The notes beneath the pieces were generated by a model. That model was not told the origin of the DNA, searched no databases, and saw only the letters and a program-made list of their open reading frames with translations. Shown here in pieces: positions 17,883-28,372 of a stretch of 64,000 bases of DNA. The position numbers and the translations under genes are program-made. How positions within the stretch are numbered: position 1 is the first letter of the stretch; each line of letters begins with the position of its first letter. Source of the DNA: Daejeonella sp. (lineage in GTDB: Bacteria; Bacteroidota; Bacteroidia; Sphingobacteriales; Sphingobacteriaceae); NCBI RefSeq assembly GCF_037719425.1, contig NZ_JBBJNI010000003.1, positions 563 through 64,562 on the forward strand, in the 5' to 3' direction.

Positions 17883-20375
17883 CTATTGCTTCGTAATAAT
17901 CTTAAGCGGCTGGGCCGGATCGATAGAAAACCACTGAGGCAATTCGTTATCAAGTGTTAACGTGCAGGTTCCATTAAATTTATGAACATTAATTTGCCAA
18001 AATCCCTCCTTAATATCTTTAGAAGTGACTGCCAGCCTGGATGCAGCTACATTTTCGTTATTTAGCTGCCCCATTACTCGGCCATCAGGGGAAATAACAT
18101 CTGCTATTGCGTTTAGCGTATTTAAAGTAATACTGAAATCCTTTATATGGGCTGGCACGTAAAAATATAATGGCAGCCTTTCTGCTTTCATCGAGCCCGC
18201 AACCATTCGCATACCACCATCCGACGTATTTGATTTATAGGCTGCCGCAGCGCCATGTATGTTAAGTTCAAATAAAGCATCGCGGCTGGGAATATGAAGC
18301 ATATAAGTTTTGCCTTGCTGGCCAGCAAACGAAATGATCCGCCCCTCTGCCATAGAACCGGCTTGCATTTTTTTGCCTTCTTCATCAAAAAGCGAATAAT
18401 GTACAAACTCTGCTTTCCCATCCCATCTTTTTTCGTCGATCCGCACCTCGCCAGTCTTAGGTACATATAGTAAAATACTCGTTTTACCTCTTGCCGGTAT
18501 ACTTTGGACATTGGGATTATTAGCAACGGCCAGCGGTGGCTCTAGTATCACATTATAAGAACTTAACAGCTCAGCATCATTAGACCGGGGTAAAACCGAA
18601 AAACTGTCTTTAAAGATTAGTCTATCAATCTGATCGTCGCTCAGGGTAAGCGGCGATTTAAAATTAGCCGGCAACGCACCTACCGTACGTAAGTTCCATT
18701 GCATTAGCGAAAAGATCTGGCCAAAGAGTTCTAAGCGTTTCTGTTGCTTAGGTTCCTTAGGTGAGGTCAATGCCTGCATGTAATATTCCTCCAGTTCTTT
18801 ATAATTTGCTCCATAAATTTCTTTATAGTGATCTTGCGTCATATTGTAATTAGCCTTGGGATGTGCTATATAAAATTTCCTGTATTCATTATCGAGCAAA
18901 GCATACAGCTTTTCCATGTAAGAAGCAGCTTGGGCGCCGTAGGCTTTAGTATAATACGTTTTTAACAGCTCGTGGGCGTTTTGCCCGGGCTTCCATTCAA
19001 GCTTTGCAGTTGTATAATTGCCTGCACCTGAGTTTAGCCAGCTCGATCCGCCAGAAAAATAAGCTCCTTTAAAGCCATAATCTTTTACACGATCAAATGT
19101 ATAATTCAGAATATCCGGTCCAGGAGGAAGAATATTTCCGTAGGGTTGTACAAGCACAGTTGGAAGATCATAATAATAAACATCAAAGCCGTCTTTTTTA
19201 GCGCTTTCGCCCCATGAACGCATCAGTTTATCCCAATCCTGCTGTACCGAAGGGCGATAAAGCTGATAACCATAACTATTAGATGTTGCTACAACAAGGG
19301 CGAGATTTGGCTCCAGTTTCGGTATTCCTGCCTCAGGTGGGTACAGATAGCTGGAATAAATATATCCTCCAAGCTTATGATCAGGAAATTCTTTCCTCAC
19401 AATTTTAGCTATATCGTTGTAAAATTTAAGAACAAGCTTGGTTCTTGAAAGTGCACCGTGCGGATCTTTTTCCAAGAGAGCTGTACTGGATTTACTTTCA
19501 CTCCAGCCACCTCCATCGGATGGAGAAAGAGAGTACCATCGGAGATCAGGGTTCTTACGGAACGTTTCCTTTATTACTTCTGCATAGGCATTAACCAGTT
19601 CCTGGTTTGTTGTTTCAAACTTATAACGGCCAGCCGGTGGCAAAGGCTTTCCGCCTATTTCGGCAAACCACTCCGGGTGTTTCTCAAATGCAGACGGAGG
19701 TATAGTCTGTGCCCAGGCATGGGCATGCTGTACAGCCGCCACTTTCCCCAGTTTCATCCGGCGGTTCCATTCTTCTAATAAGGAGTCCCGTGAATTCCCC
19801 ATGGGCAATACCCGATAATTTAAAGGTGATGTTTCTGTCCGGTCTAAAGAAGATGGAATAGAAATCTTTGAAACTTTCTTGAAGTCCTCCCCAAGGTCTC
19901 CTGGCATCAACCAGGTAACACCAAGGTAATCTTCTATAAAGGTGTAGACTGCATTAGAGGTGCCATTACTTACACCCCCCAAATTATTTGTTTTTCCTGT
20001 TTGAGTATCCGGGCCAAAGAGAAAGAGGTTACGACCTTTGGCAATCATACGAAACCCATCATCAGAGAAAGCGGATGCATCAAGACCTGCCGCCTTCCAC
20101 GCTGAAGTGCTTCCCAAACTAATAAAAGGCTCAGAAGGAGGTTTAGAGGATACAATGAGGTTTGGAGAAAATCCTGCAACTTTATTGAAATAATCCTTCA
20201 AATCAGCGGCTGCCTGTTTTACTGATAATGATGAGGAAGGATCAATATAGATGGAATATGCTGTTTTACCACTGTTCCCTATTACTATTTCAGTTTGCGC
20301 TAACGAAGTTGTTGCAATCTGAGTCAGGAAGACAGCAATGAAAAGCAGGCTTTTCTTTATGGTGATATAATTCAT
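17883..20375 (-). CDS. DUF4838 domain-containing exported protein (GH20/GH67-like N-terminal domain; putative glycan-active enzyme)
   Basis: AAADLKDYF, DDGF, GTSNAVYTFIEDYLGVTWLMPG, HAHAW, HPEWFA, SLSPSDGGGW, YIYSSY; signal peptide; follows susD. Confidence 0.72.
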   Translation of the reverse strand: MNYITIKKSLLFIAVFLTQIATTSLAQTEIVIGNSGKTAYSIYIDPSSSLSVKQAAADLKDYFNKVAGFSPNLIVSSKPPSEPFISLGSTSAWKAAGLDASAFSDDGFRMIAKGRNLFLFGPDTQTGKTNNLGGVSNGTSNAVYTFIEDYLGVTWLMPGDLGEDFKKVSKISIPSSLDRTETSPLNYRVLPMGNSRDSLLEEWNRRMKLGKVAAVQHAHAWAQTIPPSAFEKHPEWFAEIGGKPLPPAGRYKFETTNQELVNAYAEVIKETFRKNPDLRWYSLSPSDGGGWSESKSSTALLEKDPHGALSRTKLVLKFYNDIAKIVRKEFPDHKLGGYIYSSYLYPPEAGIPKLEPNLALVVATSNSYGYQLYRPSVQQDWDKLMRSWGESAKKDGFDVYYYDLPTVLVQPYGNILPPGPDILNYTFDRVKDYGFKGAYFSGGSSWLNSGAGNYTTAKLEWKPGQNAHELLKTYYTKAYGAQAASYMEKLYALLDNEYRKFYIAHPKANYNMTQDHYKEIYGANYKELEEYYMQALTSPKEPKQQKRLELFGQIFSLMQWNLRTVGALPANFKSPLTLSDDQIDRLIFKDSFSVLPRSNDAELLSSYNVILEPPLAVANNPNVQSIPARGKTSILLYVPKTGEVRIDEKRWDGKAEFVHYSLFDEEGKKMQAGSMAEGRIISFAGQQGKTYMLHIPSRDALFELNIHGAAAAYKSNTSDGGMRMVAGSMKAERLPLYFYVPAHIKDFSITLNTLNAIADVISPDGRVMGQLNNENVAASRLAVTSKDIKEGFWQINVHKFNGTCTLTLDNELPQWFSIDPAQPLKIITKQ

Positions 20376-20394
20376 AGTCTTTTATTTTTTATTA

Positions 20395-22170
20395 TTAATA
20401 GCCGTAATCCTGGGTTAAATTTGGATTTCCATCCAATGCCCCTTGCGGGATTGGAAATAACTCACTTTTATTTGGCTTAAAGTCTCGTCCAAGATTAAGA
20501 TTGTAATTAGCATATTGCGGGGTCGGAGATATATCCTGGAGCCAGCCAATAGCCAGATAACCAGCAGGCGGAACACCTGAAGGCGTAGCCAGATAGAACG
20601 AGTTAGCATATTTAGGTTCCCTTTCCCCTGTTTTATACCACATAGTTCTGGGAAGCAAATTATATGGTGCCTCATTTGCACGCATTTTGGTTAACTCAGC
20701 CCTGGTTTTTATCAAAGTGGTGCCCAATAGATTCCATCTGATCAGATCCGGTTTACGAATCCCCTCGCCTCCCAGTTCGAAGCGCCGCTCATCAACTATA
20801 GCCTGGAAAAAAGCTTCTTTAGTGCCAGGAGTTAGACCAATGTTAGTCTCATTACCTTTGAATCCTCTTTTTCTCACTTCTTCAAAAGCACTTTTAGCTT
20901 CAGGTGTAGGCCCGTTCTTTAATTCATTTTCGGCCTCTGCGAATATTAGTATTACGTCAGATAATCGAAGTAAATACCAATTCACTCCCTGGTATGCATC
21001 GGATGTTGTTGGATAGGGTTCCTTCCAGTCAATACGATATTTTCCATCGGTCATGTTAAGCATTCGTTGAACAGCTATTGTTCTATCCCTGTTTATATAA
21101 TAGCTACAGAGAGTAACGTCACGCCGGGTATCCAAAGGGTCGAAGGCATAGAAATAAGTGGGCAAGCCTCTTATTGCACCGCTCCCAAAATTGAAACTAT
21201 TGTTATCAATAGCAGCTCTTGGTCCATTTTTGTTTGAAAATCGCGCATTTCCCCTTTCCCCATCAGCGACTTCAAAGAGGACCTCACCGTTAGGCTCAAT
21301 TTTTGAAACCATATTGGCGTCTTTAAATACCGCCCTGTAATCAGGGTTAAGTCTGTGTTTATCGCGTCGCTGCATCAATTCATAAGCTTCATCCCTAGCT
21401 ATCTGGTACATCTTCAGATAATCCTTGCGGCGCTCCATTTGCCTTGACGCTTTCCTCAGGGAATATCCTCCCGCAGTAATTGCTGCCAAAGCACGAATTC
21501 CTTTAACAGAACCTTTGGTTAACCGCTCATCATTATTAACGCCCGAATCACCTCTCCAGGGCATAAGTTCGGCTGCTACCCTAAGATCTTCAATAATCCT
21601 GTCATAAATAATATCACGATCCACTTTGGGGAGGCTGAGATTCGGCTGATCTATGGACGGTTCTAAAGGAAATGGCACATCTCCCCAATACCTTATCAGG
21701 TCTAAATAGAAATATGCTCTTAAGGCAAGGGCTTCACCATAAACACGTTTCAACTGAGCCTTGTCGGTTGCAGAACCAGATTTATATAACTCCATTGCAG
21801 GTACATTTTTTATAATGATGTTTGCTCGCTCAATACCCTGCCACAAAGGAGTAAATGTTAATGCCATAGCTGAGTTTTGGGGTGTGGTAGAGTACCTATG
21901 AAAATTGTCCAGTGAACCAGGATTGGAAACATCGCCTATAAATTCGTCTGTATCAATGGACCATAAGCCAATTACTCCATTTGCATACACTGCTGCCAAT
22001 GCTCTGTAAACGCCATATATGGCACTGGTAGCACTTTGACTGTTACTGAATACATATTTTTCATCAAAAGCAGAAACAGGTGCAAGATCCAGAACTTTCC
22101 TGCAGGAACCCATTGGCAGAATAAGGGTACTAAGTAAGAGCACCGTGATTAGGATTTTATTATTTTTCAT
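20395..22170 (-). CDS. SusD/RagB-family lipoprotein
   Basis: Lipobox MGSC, GEALALRAYFYLDLIRYWGDVP, RLSDVILIFAEA, ERRFELGGEGIR, LTQDYGY. Confidence 0.94.
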   Translation of the reverse strand: MKNNKILITVLLLSTLILPMGSCRKVLDLAPVSAFDEKYVFSNSQSATSAIYGVYRALAAVYANGVIGLWSIDTDEFIGDVSNPGSLDNFHRYSTTPQNSAMALTFTPLWQGIERANIIIKNVPAMELYKSGSATDKAQLKRVYGEALALRAYFYLDLIRYWGDVPFPLEPSIDQPNLSLPKVDRDIIYDRIIEDLRVAAELMPWRGDSGVNNDERLTKGSVKGIRALAAITAGGYSLRKASRQMERRKDYLKMYQIARDEAYELMQRRDKHRLNPDYRAVFKDANMVSKIEPNGEVLFEVADGERGNARFSNKNGPRAAIDNNSFNFGSGAIRGLPTYFYAFDPLDTRRDVTLCSYYINRDRTIAVQRMLNMTDGKYRIDWKEPYPTTSDAYQGVNWYLLRLSDVILIFAEAENELKNGPTPEAKSAFEEVRKRGFKGNETNIGLTPGTKEAFFQAIVDERRFELGGEGIRKPDLIRWNLLGTTLIKTRAELTKMRANEAPYNLLPRTMWYKTGEREPKYANSFYLATPSGVPPAGYLAIGWLQDISPTPQYANYNLNLGRDFKPNKSELFPIPQGALDGNPNLTQDYGY

Positions 22171-22187
22171 CTTTTTCGAATGTTAAT

Positions 22188-25100
22188 TTATAAAGTCAGA
22201 TTGAGGCCAAAAACAAAAGTACGGCTGCGTGGATATGCGGAGTAGTCCACATTCGGTGTTAAGGGACTGCCTCTGCGACTATTCACTTGTGGGTCATATC
22301 CTGTATAATTTGTGATCAGGCCAAGATTGTTAGCGGTAGCGTAAATCCGTAAATCGTTAACTTTAACCCTTTTCATTAAAGACCTAGAAAAGGTATAACC
22401 AAAGGTAACGTTGCTAAATCTCAAATACGACCCATCTTCAACAGCCCATGAATTTGGGTTCCACTTACCATTAGGCGTCCATATTTTAGCATCCTTATTT
22501 AATGCTGCTAGAACCTCAGGGGCTGCGCCTGTAACTGTAGTCGATGTAGATGATTGCAAAACAGCGCCGTTTTCGCCTATTTTCTTCCAGCGATCACTCA
22601 CAATATCCAGCATGTTATTGTTTTGCGTACCGTTGGTAAATTCAATTTTATTAACGTTGTAGACACTCTGCCCATAGGCGAACGTAACAAAAGCACTCAG
22701 GTCAAATTGCTTCATCCTTAATTGCTGGTTGACACCGCCTTCAAATTTTGGATTTGGATTTCCAATGATCGTTCTGTCATTCGTAGGATCAATTACCCCA
22801 TCCCCATTTAAATCTTTGTATTTGATGGAGCCAGGCTGAGTAATTATGCCGGCAGCAGCTGTATTATTTACTACACCGGCTTTTAGAGTATAAGCTTGTG
22901 TTGCCGTATTATAGTCAAAGTCGTTTACAGTATAAAATCCTGTTCCGTCGCCTCCTTTCCCATCTATCAAGAATCCATACATTGTTCCGATAGGCTGCCC
23001 AACCTTAACGATATAGTCTGCAGGATCGGCGGCAACATTACCTACTCCAGCCCATTGATAGAAATAATCCTGATGTTCTGCAAGCCGCAAGATCTTATTA
23101 CGGTTAAAAGAAATATTAAAATCTGTTCTGTAGCTAAAGTTTTTGCTCTCTATTACTGCGGCGTTTAATTGAAATTCAAGACCCTTGTTTAGGATACTGC
23201 CGATATTTTTCAACTGAGTAGAATAACCGGAAGTAACGGGAACAGGCGTGTTCACTAACAGGTCATTAGTGGTATTTTTATAGGCATCAGCAGTAAGTTG
23301 AATCCTGTTATTAAATAGCGCTATATCAAGTCCGAGATTTCTGGAAACAGTACTTTCCCAGCGGAGATCTTTATTTGGAAGTACAGTGGTAATGAAAGCC
23401 GGCTGCCTGGATTCATTCAGATAGTAGCTTTGGTTGGTACTAAATGTGTTTAAATACAAATAATCAGAAATACGATTATTCCCAGCCTCGCCAATGCTAA
23501 ACCTCAATTTCATGTCAGAAATAGCAGGTATGTTCTTCATAAAGTTCTCATTTGAAACACGCCAAGCGACTGAACCGGAAGGAAAATAACCCAATCTCCT
23601 ATCTGCCGCGAACTTGGATGATGCATCAGCCCGTACCGTTAACATAAATAGATACTTATCATTATATGAATAATTGACACGGCTGAACCCAGACAGTATC
23701 CTGCTCTCATTAGAGCCTGAAGCAGGCCTCCCCGGCTTTGCGGTTCCTAAAGTAAGCTGTCCAAGTGCTTTTTCTGCTGTGATTCCTATAGGAAACGTAT
23801 TTAATTCATTTGTCAGCGAGGCACCTTTTACCGCATAATATTCCTGTCCCAGCAGTAAATTGACGCTATGCCGGTTTATTTTTCTGTTGTAGGAGAAGAC
23901 ATTGGAATTATTAATGGTATTACTTGTATTGGTTTGAATATAGACACTGGGAGTACCGGCATTCTGTGCTCTTGCTTTTGAAGTAAAGTAATCATCAAAC
24001 GTTTTTCGGGTATTATCGCTAATGTTCAGACCTACGGTAGATTTGAAAGAAAAATATTTTGAAAAAGAATAATTAAAATAACCATTCAAAGTTCTATAGT
24101 TAGCGTATTTTCTGGCGTATTGTGCATTGTTTAACGCAACAGGATTGGTTAGATCTAACCCCAGGCCTGCAGCCGTTTCTTCCTGGAAGTCCGGATTAAA
24201 ATCATAAAGACCATACTCATCTTCAGGCTCCCTGTCAAATGGAATATATTTAATAATATTACGTAAGCCATTGTAACTAACATTACCCCCATCCGACACG
24301 CCCTGACCCTTGGTAAGTTGGTTGGTATAAATAACATTAACACCAACTTTTAAGCGCTCACTTGCAGTGTGGTCGAAGCGAAAATTCATAATTTTACGGT
24401 CGTAGGCTGAGTTCAATAATATCGCATCCTGGTCATTAGCTGTAAGGCTTAAATTGAACTGTGTAGTTTTGGAGCCCCCTGACACGCTAACATTATGATT
24501 TTGATTAAACGCGGTACGGCCCATTAGCTCATCCTGCCAGTCGATGTTCTGCACGTTTTTGTAAACAGATAAAGTATCAAAAGTAGATCCATAACGCTTT
24601 TGGAAATTTGTATAAAGTGCCGGATTTTGTATTGTTGGATCAATAGGATTCATTTGATACTGATACATCACATACTCATAAGGATCCATTACTGCCAGTT
24701 TGTTTGCTAATGTACTTGCACCGAATGACGCATTATAAGAAATTCTGGTTTTCATTTCTTTGCCTCCTTTAGTGGTAATTATGACAACCCCATTTGCTCC
24801 ACGAGCCCCGTAAATAGCTGTAGACGCAGCGTCCTTAAGAACGTCTATTGATGCTATGTCCTGAGGAGAAAGCATGTTCAGGCCATTTTCTATCTGGATT
24901 CCATCAATAATGTATATAGGAGATGCATCCTGAGTAAGCGACCCAACTCCCCGGACTCTTATTCTCACATCTGCATCGGGAGAGCCTTCAGATGACGTTA
25001 CCTGCACACCTGCCAGCTTTCCATTAAGGATTTCGGCAGCAGAGTTTATTGGATTATCCTGTAGATCTTTGGCACCAATTGACGAAACTGCCCCTGTAAG

Positions 25101-25451
25101 ATCTCTCCTTCTAACGGTTGCATAACCAATGGCTACAACTTCATTTAGCTGAATATTGTCACCTTCTAATGCTACACTAATAGTGTTTTGTTTTCCTACC
25201 TTTAGATCTTGTTGCTTATAACCCAAATAGCGGATGATTAGAACTACACCATCGCCTGAGGGAATTGATAAAGTGAATTTTCCGTCCTTATCAGTTTGGG
25301 TTCCTTGGCTTAACCCCTTTACAACAATACTTACTCCGATAAGCTTTTCATCGTTAGTTTTGTCAATAACCTGACCATTAATTTGTCTGGTTTGAGCGTG
25401 TACTGTGCAGGCAATCCAAAATAAAACATTAAATAGTAAAACTTTTTTCAT
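22188..25451 (-). CDS. SusC/RagA TonB-dependent transporter
   Basis: EVVAIGY, DLTGAVSS, PIYIIDG, LKDAASTAIYGARGANGVVIITTK, LRWE, YPRSRTFVFGLNLTL. Confidence 0.95.
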   Translation of the reverse strand: MKKVLLFNVLFWIACTVHAQTRQINGQVIDKTNDEKLIGVSIVVKGLSQGTQTDKDGKFTLSIPSGDGVVLIIRYLGYKQQDLKVGKQNTISVALEGDNIQLNEVVAIGYATVRRRDLTGAVSSIGAKDLQDNPINSAAEILNGKLAGVQVTSSEGSPDADVRIRVRGVGSLTQDASPIYIIDGIQIENGLNMLSPQDIASIDVLKDAASTAIYGARGANGVVIITTKGGKEMKTRISYNASFGASTLANKLAVMDPYEYVMYQYQMNPIDPTIQNPALYTNFQKRYGSTFDTLSVYKNVQNIDWQDELMGRTAFNQNHNVSVSGGSKTTQFNLSLTANDQDAILLNSAYDRKIMNFRFDHTASERLKVGVNVIYTNQLTKGQGVSDGGNVSYNGLRNIIKYIPFDREPEDEYGLYDFNPDFQEETAAGLGLDLTNPVALNNAQYARKYANYRTLNGYFNYSFSKYFSFKSTVGLNISDNTRKTFDDYFTSKARAQNAGTPSVYIQTNTSNTINNSNVFSYNRKINRHSVNLLLGQEYYAVKGASLTNELNTFPIGITAEKALGQLTLGTAKPGRPASGSNESRILSGFSRVNYSYNDKYLFMLTVRADASSKFAADRRLGYFPSGSVAWRVSNENFMKNIPAISDMKLRFSIGEAGNNRISDYLYLNTFSTNQSYYLNESRQPAFITTVLPNKDLRWESTVSRNLGLDIALFNNRIQLTADAYKNTTNDLLVNTPVPVTSGYSTQLKNIGSILNKGLEFQLNAAVIESKNFSYRTDFNISFNRNKILRLAEHQDYFYQWAGVGNVAADPADYIVKVGQPIGTMYGFLIDGKGGDGTGFYTVNDFDYNTATQAYTLKAGVVNNTAAAGIITQPGSIKYKDLNGDGVIDPTNDRTIIGNPNPKFEGGVNQQLRMKQFDLSAFVTFAYGQSVYNVNKIEFTNGTQNNNMLDIVSDRWKKIGENGAVLQSSTSTTVTGAAPEVLAALNKDAKIWTPNGKWNPNSWAVEDGSYLRFSNVTFGYTFSRSLMKRVKVNDLRIYATANNLGLITNYTGYDPQVNSRRGSPLTPNVDYSAYPRSRTFVFGLNLTL

Positions 25452-25655
25452 CTTTTTTCAAGTTGATTGTAAATGAAGCAATGACTTATTTTGCCATACC
25501 AATACTCTTAAAAATCCGTGGCTACGACAGTGTTAGTTTGACTTGAGTACTGATTAGCGTTTCTGACGAAATACCCTGAGCTATTATTAAATATGCTATT
25601 AGACAAGCTTAAACAATTTTTCAAAGGAAAAATATAAATCCTTCTGGTTAATCTA

Positions 25656-25681
25656 TGCAACCGTTCTCGACAACGTTTCCG
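25656..25681. promoter_or_regulatory. Tandem LacI-type operator (TGCAACCGTTCTCG + CGACAACGTTTCCG)
   Basis: Two 14-bp CG-centred sites overlapping by CG, ~200 bp upstream of susC (25451). Confidence 0.78.
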
Positions 25682-25806
25682 AAATATGAGGGGGATATAA
25701 GGCGTGAATTTTAAGCTACAATACAAGGCAGCTGAATTTTGAGAAATCAACTGACTTCCTTGTGATGAGGAAATAAAATAACGGAGAGTTTAAATCAACA
25801 CGTTTT

Positions 25807-28080
25807 TTAACGCAATTGATTCTTTGCGGCTTCCCCGTTTCGAATGGCTTCCAGCTCGTCCAATGTCCAGACTTTACTCCGTTTTACGTAGGCTTCTCTG
25901 ATTTTTTTAACAGTCTCAGGTTTAACCACAGGTGATATAGGAATGCCATTGAGACGTGCTGTGCCCCCAAACTCATACCTAATATAACTAGCTACTGAAG
26001 CCACCCAATTATCATTATTAGCCTCCATTGGAGGCATAATACTGGAGTAGGTATTACCATCAATCGGACCACCCAGGCCTTTGAGCAGAATCCGGATGGT
26101 AGTATTCGCTTCTGGTAAAGTTAATCGTTTGGAGTTTACTAATGAAGGTGCTGTTAATTGGTTACTGCTTCCAATTCCTTTACCATCGGGACCATGGCAA
26201 CTGGCACAAACAGATTTAAAAGTTGCTGCTCCAGACAGGATCATGTTCCGGTCTTGTATGTCTAAGTTTGCCAACCGCATCCCAAAATTGCGCACGTCTT
26301 CATTCTTATCCAGGGCTTTTTTGGTAGCCATCATCATTTCATTGTCTTTGTTCTGGATTATTAACTGGTTTATCAGGGCGTTTCCCGGCTTCGATTTATT
26401 GCTAAATAAAGACAATAAAAGTTGTACCCGCACATCATCGGTTCTATCATTTTGCAATTTGCTAACGGCAGCAATCACCTGTTCATCATTTGTTTTCAGA
26501 TAACGCTCGCTTATCCAAACAGCTGCTTTCCTAATCTGAGCATTTTCATGTTTAAGAGCCATGAGCACTACATCCTTATCCAAAGCACCTAAACCTTCGA
26601 GAGTCCATAACGCATGTAAAACACCGAGATGGCTAATATTTTGATCAACAGCCATTTGTTTTAATTTTGGCACTACTGATCTATCGCCATTTAAAACAAT
26701 TTGCTTTTGGGCATTATCACGCCACCAACCGTTAGGGTGGTCGAGGTAAGAAATTAATTTGCTGCTGGTTTCGTTGAGCATCCTGGGTTTGTCCGGCTGT
26801 TTGAACCCATCGTGTACAACCCGGTATATACGACCTCGCCCTGTATTTTTGGCTAAACCTATCGAATCAATCTTATTACGGAGAAAGGAGCCTGGCTTGG
26901 TCCAGTTACCCTGTTGAATGATACCACGGTACATATCCACAATGTATAGAGTGCCATCGGGCCCCGTTGCAGAGTTTACCGGCCTGAAATTCATATCACT
27001 CGATGCGATAAACTCCTGTTGGTTATACACGTTTTCAAGCATGGTTTTTCCCTCATGCTGAATTACTTCAGCGCGTCTTACAATTCTGGCAACCGGCTCA
27101 CAAACAATATAATCGCCTACCAAATCCTGCGGCAGGCCATCACCACGATAAATAGACTGGCCACAAGCCCCGGTAATATGGTTTAAGGTATTATTAGGAG
27201 ACAATCTTCTTAATCCCCCCTGCACGTCAGGCGTGGCGATAATTGGCCAAACTTCCTGAAATGATTCACTATATTGATCCGGAAGCTCCAGACGGCCGTA
27301 AACCGGGTTTATCTGAAATGCAGTAACCGGCCTCTCGCCGCCGGCTGACGAATAAAACAAGCGTCCGTAATTATCATGCGTCAGTCCCCATTGCCCACCA
27401 GATCCGCTTACAATAGTGTCAGCCTTCAAGGTGCCATTTGTATATCTGAACCGAATGGGCTCATAGGTCATGTACATCCAGTTATCCAGGTTCCAATCCA
27501 AGCCACTGCGCTGGTGTTCCATATTGGCATCCTGAACGATATATTTACTATTTTCATATACAACCCGTTTAATATCGGCCTTGCCGTCACCATTAGAATC
27601 CTTATATGCATGTATAGTAATAGTATTGGTTTCATTTACCAGCAACTCGTTGTTTACGCATTGCAACATTCGGGGCAGTAACAGGCTGTCAATGAAAATT
27701 GTGCTTTTATCCATTTTCCCGTCATTATTGGTATCTTCTAGTAACGAAATGCGGCTGAGTGGCTGCTGTTCACCCGTTGCATCAGCATCCTGCATGTAGG
27801 TTAGCATCTCGGCCACGTACATACGAGCATTCCCATCCCAAACAATGGCAACAGGTTCTTTAATCATGGGCTCGCTTGCAACCAGTTCCAGGTGATATCC
27901 CTTTGGAAGATATATCGTTTTCATGCTTTCTTTAGGAGAAAGATAAGCTGGTGAGGGAACAGGATTAACGACTATCCTTCCCAGAGAATCCCTTTCAACT
28001 ACATTTTGAGCAGTTCTACAGGTATAGACTAACATTGACAGGCATAAAATCGTTATAACCCATTGCTTATTTCGTTCCAT
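25807..28080 (-). CDS. Membrane-bound dehydrogenase-like protein: PVC-type beta-propeller (DUF7133-like), HEAT repeats, cytochrome c
   Basis: ELVASEPMIKEPVAIVWD, LEDTNNDGKMD, GLDWNLDNW, FRPVN..TGPDGTLYIVDMYRG, GRIYR, WWRDNAQ; heme motif CASCH with distal MPP; probable lipobox VYTC. Confidence 0.82.
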   Translation of the reverse strand: MERNKQWVITILCLSMLVYTCRTAQNVVERDSLGRIVVNPVPSPAYLSPKESMKTIYLPKGYHLELVASEPMIKEPVAIVWDGNARMYVAEMLTYMQDADATGEQQPLSRISLLEDTNNDGKMDKSTIFIDSLLLPRMLQCVNNELLVNETNTITIHAYKDSNGDGKADIKRVVYENSKYIVQDANMEHQRSGLDWNLDNWMYMTYEPIRFRYTNGTLKADTIVSGSGGQWGLTHDNYGRLFYSSAGGERPVTAFQINPVYGRLELPDQYSESFQEVWPIIATPDVQGGLRRLSPNNTLNHITGACGQSIYRGDGLPQDLVGDYIVCEPVARIVRRAEVIQHEGKTMLENVYNQQEFIASSDMNFRPVNSATGPDGTLYIVDMYRGIIQQGNWTKPGSFLRNKIDSIGLAKNTGRGRIYRVVHDGFKQPDKPRMLNETSSKLISYLDHPNGWWRDNAQKQIVLNGDRSVVPKLKQMAVDQNISHLGVLHALWTLEGLGALDKDVVLMALKHENAQIRKAAVWISERYLKTNDEQVIAAVSKLQNDRTDDVRVQLLLSLFSNKSKPGNALINQLIIQNKDNEMMMATKKALDKNEDVRNFGMRLANLDIQDRNMILSGAATFKSVCASCHGPDGKGIGSSNQLTAPSLVNSKRLTLPEANTTIRILLKGLGGPIDGNTYSSIMPPMEANNDNWVASVASYIRYEFGGTARLNGIPISPVVKPETVKKIREAYVKRSKVWTLDELEAIRNGEAAKNQLR

Positions 28081-28236
28081 TCAATAGCTGTTTGATTAAT
28101 TTTTCTTGAATTCCTCTTAACTTGGTTCAAAATAAGTGTTCATTTCAAACCATAATTTAAAACATGGGATTTCCCTGGTTGAAAACAAGTCTACAATTAT
28201 TCTAAAGAAATAGGAATTTGCCATCATAGAATTCTA

Positions 28237-28262
28237 TGCAAGCGTTGTCGAGAACGATTGCA
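28237..28262. promoter_or_regulatory. Tandem LacI-type operator (TGCAAGCGTTGTCG + CGAGAACGATTGCA)
   Basis: Two sites overlapping by CG inside an imperfect palindrome TCTA...TAGA (28233-28266); upstream of the heme-c dehydrogenase gene. Confidence 0.8.
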
Positions 28263-28372
28263 TAGATAACTAAGTCCTTAAAAAGAAATAATGTATACCT
28301 GTTTTAAAAATCAAGCCCTGAAAAGTTCATAAAATACGGGCAGTGACTTAACATACTAAACGAAAAAGACTA

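Noticed and set aside
25508-25750. Small ORF resembling ORF 38597-38878 (RCRERLHRL versus RYRQHLHKL)
   Set aside because: The similarity is the translated operator DNA; both are probably non-coding frames in regulatory regions.
25651-28267. IS element or transposon defined by the inverted repeats
   Set aside because: No transposase is enclosed and no flanking direct repeat was seen; the repeats match the operator motif.
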